From positions 1 through 23,290 of the forward strand of contig CAVSPA010000001.1 in the NCBI GenBank assembly GCA_963729715.1: a DNA stretch of 23,290 nucleotides, written 5' to 3'. The translations under genes and the position numbers were made by a program. The notes under the pieces were generated by a model, which was not told the DNA's origin, made no database searches, and saw only the letters and a list, made by a program, of their open reading frames with translations. This DNA comes from an uncultured delta proteobacterium (GTDB taxonomy: Bacteria > Desulfobacterota > Syntrophia > Syntrophales > UBA2185). Every line of letters begins with the position of its first letter. Position 1 is the first letter of the stretch. Of this stretch, positions 19,377-23,290 are shown one piece after another.

Positions 19377-19987
19377 TGAGGAATGGGAAACTGAAAAAGG
19401 ATCCGTATAATGTGATTATCTCTGGGGTTGGCGGGCAGGGTAATGTTTTGCTTTCCGGATTTATCGGTACGGCATTGTTAAACGAGGGTTTTATCGTCAG
19501 CGTAGCGGACACCTTTGGCGTCAGTCAGCGAGGAGGATCTGTATCAAGCCACATCAAAATCTCAGAAAAAACCTTGTACAGTTCGGTTACACTTAAGGGT
19601 AAAGCCGATGTAATTATTGGAATGGAACCTGTCGAGACCTTGAGAACCTTGGTTTATTTCGGCAACCCTGCCGTGATAACGATCGTAAACCCCAGACCGT
19701 TCTACCCTTCCGGCGGCGTGGAATATCCGGATCTGAGCGAGGTGCGACAAACCATTGAGAAGATGTCTTCAAAAACTCAATATGTGCAAGCGACTGAGGA
19801 AGCCTTAAGAATGGGGAATCCGATATATACGAATATTATCTTGTTGGGTGCTGTCGTGGGATCGGGCGTCTTACCCCTCAGCAGAGAGTCAATGATTCCT
19901 CTTCTTGAAGAACGCTTCCCAGATAAAGTATTAGATCTTAATGTCAATGCATTCAACAAAGGGATGGCGCTCATCGCCGAGACCTGA
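19376..19987 (+). CDS. iorB: Indolepyruvate:ferredoxin oxidoreductase-family beta subunit
   Basis: TGATG overlap with iorA; GVGGQG, GVSQRGGSV.SH, N...LGA and N..AF..G motifs. Confidence 0.92.
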   Translation: MRNGKLKKDPYNVIISGVGGQGNVLLSGFIGTALLNEGFIVSVADTFGVSQRGGSVSSHIKISEKTLYSSVTLKGKADVIIGMEPVETLRTLVYFGNPAVITIVNPRPFYPSGGVEYPDLSEVRQTIEKMSSKTQYVQATEEALRMGNPIYTNIILLGAVVGSGVLPLSRESMIPLLEERFPDKVLDLNVNAFNKGMALIAET

Positions 19988-19988
19988 T

Positions 19989-20072
19989 TTGCAGTGCGGA
20001 AACATTATATGCAGAGTTGGCCAAGATGGAGCAGGTGCGGTCACGATAGACCGTCCAGAGAAACATCTGTAG
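19989..20072 (+). pseudogene. Possible N-terminal fragment of an enoyl-CoA hydratase/crotonase-family gene
   Basis: LQCGNIICRVGQDGAGAVTIDRPEKHL* resembles crotonase N-termini (I.Y.V.DGVA.ITLNRPEK); only 27 codons. Confidence 0.35.
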
Positions 20073-20102
20073 GAGCGTTCGTATAACGAAAAGGAGAAGG
20101 GC

Positions 20103-20294
20103 ATTGGTGCTGATCTGTTCGCAAGGCTGTTCTCCCTTCAGGGGAAAACTGCCCTGATTAGCGGGGGATACAAGGGCATCGGCCGTCTGTTTGCCGAGAC
20201 TTGCGCCGAGGCGGGGGCCGATGTGGCCATCGTCTCCTGGAATCAGGAAGGGTGCACATGCGCCGTCGAGGAGATTTTCGGGAGGTTCGGGGTG
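20103..20294 (+). pseudogene. Truncated short-chain dehydrogenase/reductase (SDR) N-terminus
   Basis: AAGGAG RBS, ATT in place of a start codon, then LFSLQGKTALISGGYKGIGRLFAE..AEAGADVAIVS (Rossmann GxxxGIG). Homology ends at an IS-like terminus. Confidence 0.8.
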
Positions 20295-20324
20295 ACCTGC
20301 CCCTCTAAAACTGGTCCAGTTTTT
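20293..20324. mobile_element. Solitary IS3-family-like terminal inverted repeat
   Basis: TGACCTGCCCCTCTAAAACTGGTCCAGTTTTT begins where the SDR homology stops; no partner end or transposase seen. Confidence 0.5.
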
Positions 20325-20349
20325 AATATGTAAAAATCGACCTCTTCCT

Positions 20350-20462
20350 GGACAGTCATCATCTCTCCGGTAAGGGAATTTATGCTGCTTCTTTTGTCAG
20401 CATTTGCTTCTTCCTTGTAATGTTGTTTTTCTTATTCTATTTGCTTGCACAACATTTCAATC
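20350..20462. repeat. Diverged island repeat, copy B
   Basis: About 70 bp closely similar to copy A; CTTCCTTGT...CATTTCAATC shared with copy C. Confidence 0.7.
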
Positions 20463-20541
20463 TATAATAATCAAAAAACCCTGAGAACTCTCATTTAAAA
20501 TATGGTACACGATGTTAGGACTAAAGCATCATTAGGAGGTT

Positions 20542-21240
20542 ATGCATATGAATATGAAAGTAATTAGAAGGAATCTTTTACGAGTAACAGCCATCGGTTT
20601 TATCTTGGTTTTTTTAATTGCCATTGTGCCTTCGACCCAGAATACGGCTTTCGGAGAAGAACAAAAACCAATCCAACTTTCAAAGCCCCAAATCGCCGGC
20701 AATCCTTTGATGCAGCTTTTGGCAAAGAGAAGTTCCTCACGCGAATTCAGTTCAGAACCATTACCGGTGAAAATTCTTTCAAATATGCTCTGGGCAGCAT
20801 CCGGAATCAATCGTCCGGAGTCTGGCAAACGGACTGCACCTACTGCGATCAATCGGCAAGAGATCGACATATATGTTGCAACTGCTGCTGGCCTTTACCT
20901 CTATGATGCAAAATCGAACTTTTTGAAACCGATACTGGCAGGAGATATTAGAGGAGTGACCGGTACTCAGGGATATGTAAAGGACGCTGCTGTGAACCTT
21001 ATTTATGTGGCGGATTATTCCAAGATGAGTTCATCGTCAGATGAGGCTAAAATCATGTATGCAGCGGCTGACACGGGATTCATAAGCGAAAATGTTTATC
21101 TTTATTGTGCCTCCGAAGGATTATCAACGGTCGTACGCGCGGCGATAGATAGGCCTGCCCTCGCAAAAGCCATGGGCTTACGACCGGATCAGAGGATCAT
21201 TCTGGCGCAATCGGTCGGATACCCCAAGAAACAGAAATGA
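20542..21240 (+). CDS. Nitroreductase-family (SagB/ThcOx-like) flavoprotein with signal peptide
   Basis: RSSSREF, LWAA.GINR...KRTAPTA.N, D.GFISENVYL.CASEGL and GYP motifs; AGGAGG RBS; hydrophobic leader. Confidence 0.9.
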   Translation: MHMNMKVIRRNLLRVTAIGFILVFLIAIVPSTQNTAFGEEQKPIQLSKPQIAGNPLMQLLAKRSSSREFSSEPLPVKILSNMLWAASGINRPESGKRTAPTAINRQEIDIYVATAAGLYLYDAKSNFLKPILAGDIRGVTGTQGYVKDAAVNLIYVADYSKMSSSSDEAKIMYAAADTGFISENVYLYCASEGLSTVVRAAIDRPALAKAMGLRPDQRIILAQSVGYPKKQK

Positions 21241-21401
21241 TGGGGGTAAGATGGACAGACGTGTCAATATGTAAATCGGGGTCTATCGGTAAGCGCATAA
21301 AACATAGTCAGTTTACTAGGGAGAAGGGAATGAAAAGACTCCCTTTCTCACCGTAATTCACAACGTTTTATAGAATGGTATATGCAATAGTTGTCAGTGG
21401 A

Positions 21402-21517
21402 GACAGCAGTTCTATCCGGTTGGACGATCTTGAAAATCGTATATTGGATTTTTTGTTTAGTAGCTTCCTTGTTGTTTTTTTGAATTTCCATTCTTGATGC
21501 AGCATTTCAATCGGTAA
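21402..21517. repeat. Diverged island repeat, copy C (also the 5' exon/target of the intron)
   Basis: GACGATCTTGAAAA and ATTGGATTTTTTGTTTAGT are identical to copy D; GACAG-CAGTTC..TCCGG resembles copy A. Confidence 0.7.
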
Positions 21518-22140
21518 GTGTGCCACGAGGCTGCACAAGAGATGAGGGGAGGTCCCTCGAAGTCGGCTTGCAGGAGCGGGCTTCAAACCACCTTAAGCTG
21601 CGATGGTAAAGAGCCATGGTGGTGAGCGGTAAGGAAAAGGCAGGGCATGACCCTGTCAGGTGAGGTTCAGGGAGGCGAGCGCAAGCGAACTACTTCTGAG
21701 GTGTCGAAATGAAATGGATGATGTCAGAACTGGGGGGCTTACTGATCTCCAGGATAAGTCCAGGAGGGACCTGTTTACTGCCTGGGCGGCATCCGGCATA
21801 AAGGTAGCGCGAACCTGATTCAGGCTCTTGTGTGGAACGTGGGAACCTGTCGTCCCGATGATAAGGGAGAAATTCAAGTGGAGGAAACCACAAGAATGAG
21901 AGTACCGATGCGGGGCACGGGGGCGGACCAACTCGTATTAGTGTGGAAGTTCCTGTAATGGGAATGGAGCGAAGGGGTTGGATCATCTGATCTTATTGTT
22001 TGGTCAACCAGAGATGGGAGGAGCCAGGGAATAAGATAAGACCGCTGGGTTAGCCTGGCGGCTGGATGATAAGAGCCGGATGACGGGAGACTGTCACGTC
22101 CGGATCCGTGGGACCGTGGGGGTGCGCCGCGCCACCCAAC
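21518..22140 (+). ncRNA. ORF-less group II intron (IIB, resembling bacterial class D / RmInt1-like)
   Basis: 5' GTGTG; domain V GAGCCGGATGACGGGAGACTGTCACGTCCGGATC (22073-22106) with AGC triad; 3' end ...CCACCCAAC. EBS1 TTACTGA (21739-21745) pairs with exon TCGGTAA and EBS2 TGAAATG (21710-21716) pairs with exon CATTTCA. No RT ORF. Confidence 0.92.
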
Positions 22141-22417
22141 TCTTTTAACACGCATGTTATGGATTCCATTGACATAGTACAAATGGAATTTTCCTATATT
22201 TCATCCGTCAGGAAGTAATGTCTTATAAAAAAAATTATTATAAAGGTTAAATTCAATTGGCATAAAAATGGCTGTGAATTGGGAGGAAATAGCGCCCATT
22301 ACTCTTCCATTTAATAGTTACCGCTTTTCCACATGTAACACGCCTATCTTATAAGTAAGAAACCTATTGTTTATGCGCTGTCCTTGAGCACGATACTTGA
22401 AAATATGGAGGTGTACG

Positions 22418-22795
22418 ATGAAGCGACGAGTGAGTCCCTCGATTCCTTCATGGAAGGCAGTTTTAATCTTATCGATTCTTTGCTGTCTTTGTCCTCAGAT
22501 GTCTTTGGCAACATCGCCACAGGACATGAAACTTGAATATGATGCAAGCACGCAAATGCTGACAGTCACGATCACACACCCGTCTTCTTTTCCCAATTAT
22601 CACTACATAAAATATGTTGAAATCAAGAAGAACGGAGTCGATGTGATGAAGAACACTTATAAAAATCAACCTGACCAAGCAACATTTACATACACATATA
22701 AGGTGCCCGCTGCTGAGTATGAAGAGCTGGAGGTGACAGCCACGTGTAGCTGGTACGGATACAAGACGGTAAATCTGACTGTCCGCAAGAAGTAG
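22418..22795 (+). CDS. Small secreted protein with superoxide-reductase/desulfoferrodoxin-like motifs
   Basis: GGAGG RBS, signal peptide, ITHP.....HYIKYVEI and ATCSWYG (compare SOR HP....HYI.WI and YCNLHG). Confidence 0.7.
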   Translation: MKRRVSPSIPSWKAVLILSILCCLCPQMSLATSPQDMKLEYDASTQMLTVTITHPSSFPNYHYIKYVEIKKNGVDVMKNTYKNQPDQATFTYTYKVPAAEYEELEVTATCSWYGYKTVNLTVRKK

Positions 22796-22917
22796 TCTGG
22801 ACATTCAGGTCTGCCTGCAGAAGCGAGACCAAAGTCCTACGAAGGGTCAGGGATTAAGCTGAAAGCTAACAGCATACAGCCAATGGGGAAATAAGCACTT
22901 GAACCCTAAGTGAAGCC

Positions 22918-23027
22918 TGCAATTCCGCCGGATTGACGATCTTGAAAAAGCAACAATTGGATTTTTTGTTTAGTCCTTCCTCTGAAATGTAGAATCCGAT
23001 AATTTTGCTGAGTATCCACCATTTCAA
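22918..23027. repeat. Diverged island repeat, copy D
   Basis: CCGG, GACGATCTTGAAAA (22935-22948), ATTGGATTTTTTGTTTAGT (22956-22974), CTTCCT and CATTTCAA (23020-23027) are colinear with copy C. Confidence 0.7.
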
Positions 23028-23290
23028 GTGATAGACAGTATCTAATGGCTGATATTTACTTGACCTACACGTACGTTGCTGCTTATGCTCCCTCCTTCAA
23101 ATGCAACGCCTTATCAAAAAACAGCTTTGGGACGGTACCCGTTCTTAGAAACGCCAGTTAAAAATAATCATTCCTGGTGCCAACCCGTTAGGAAAGTCGG
23201 TGAACCATTGATTTTCGGGAATAATATTTATAACTCCGATTTGAACCCCGCCTGATGCCTTAGCGGCATAATTGACTGCGCCTAACTTAC

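Noticed and set aside
21290..21318. TAAGCGCATAA-AACATA-GTCAGTTTACT as a dif-like XerC/D site
   Set aside because: The XerC-like half matches, but the XerD half matches only about 6 of 11 positions and lacks the TTAT core; no partner site seen.
21320..21349. GAGAAGGGA/TCCCTTTCTC hairpin after the nitroreductase gene
   Set aside because: Imperfect stem with no U-tract; not enough to call a terminator.
21656..22182. Three minus-strand ORFs of ~90-100 aa
   Set aside because: They are antisense translations of the group II intron RNA, with no RBS or domain evidence.
22860..23290. GCTAAC, GCCAAC and GCCTAAC motifs as integron attC R'' boxes
   Set aside because: No convincing complementary GTTRRRY with an intervening palindrome; the last motif is cut by the window edge and cannot be evaluated.

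Overview
Bacterial chromosomal window. The protein content suggests an anaerobic Deltaproteobacteria/Desulfobacterota, possibly Syntrophales-like (inference). Left part (1-15.3 kb) is mostly core: partial NUDIX hydrolase, MltD-like LysM lytic transglycosylase, groES-groEL, M28 peptidase, tRNA-Val(CAC), an orphan receiver-domain protein, kdsD/kpsF, a transglutaminase + ABC ATPase + permease operon, DUF554, lpxH, speB, a decayed sensor kinase and the initiator tRNA-Met. Right part (15.3-23.3 kb) is an accessory island anchored at tRNA-fMet. It starts with a tyrosine-integrase C-terminal remnant interrupted by a 150-bp ORF-less IS200/IS605 (ISC-type) mini-element. Cargo follows: FrhB-like-iorA-iorB, two gene fragments, a secreted nitroreductase-family protein and a secreted SOR-like protein. 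These cargo blocks are separated by four diverged, co-oriented ~110-bp repeats. One repeat copy is the insertion site of a 623-nt ORF-less group II intron whose EBS1/EBS2 pair with that repeat. All alignments were made by eye and no database searches were run.
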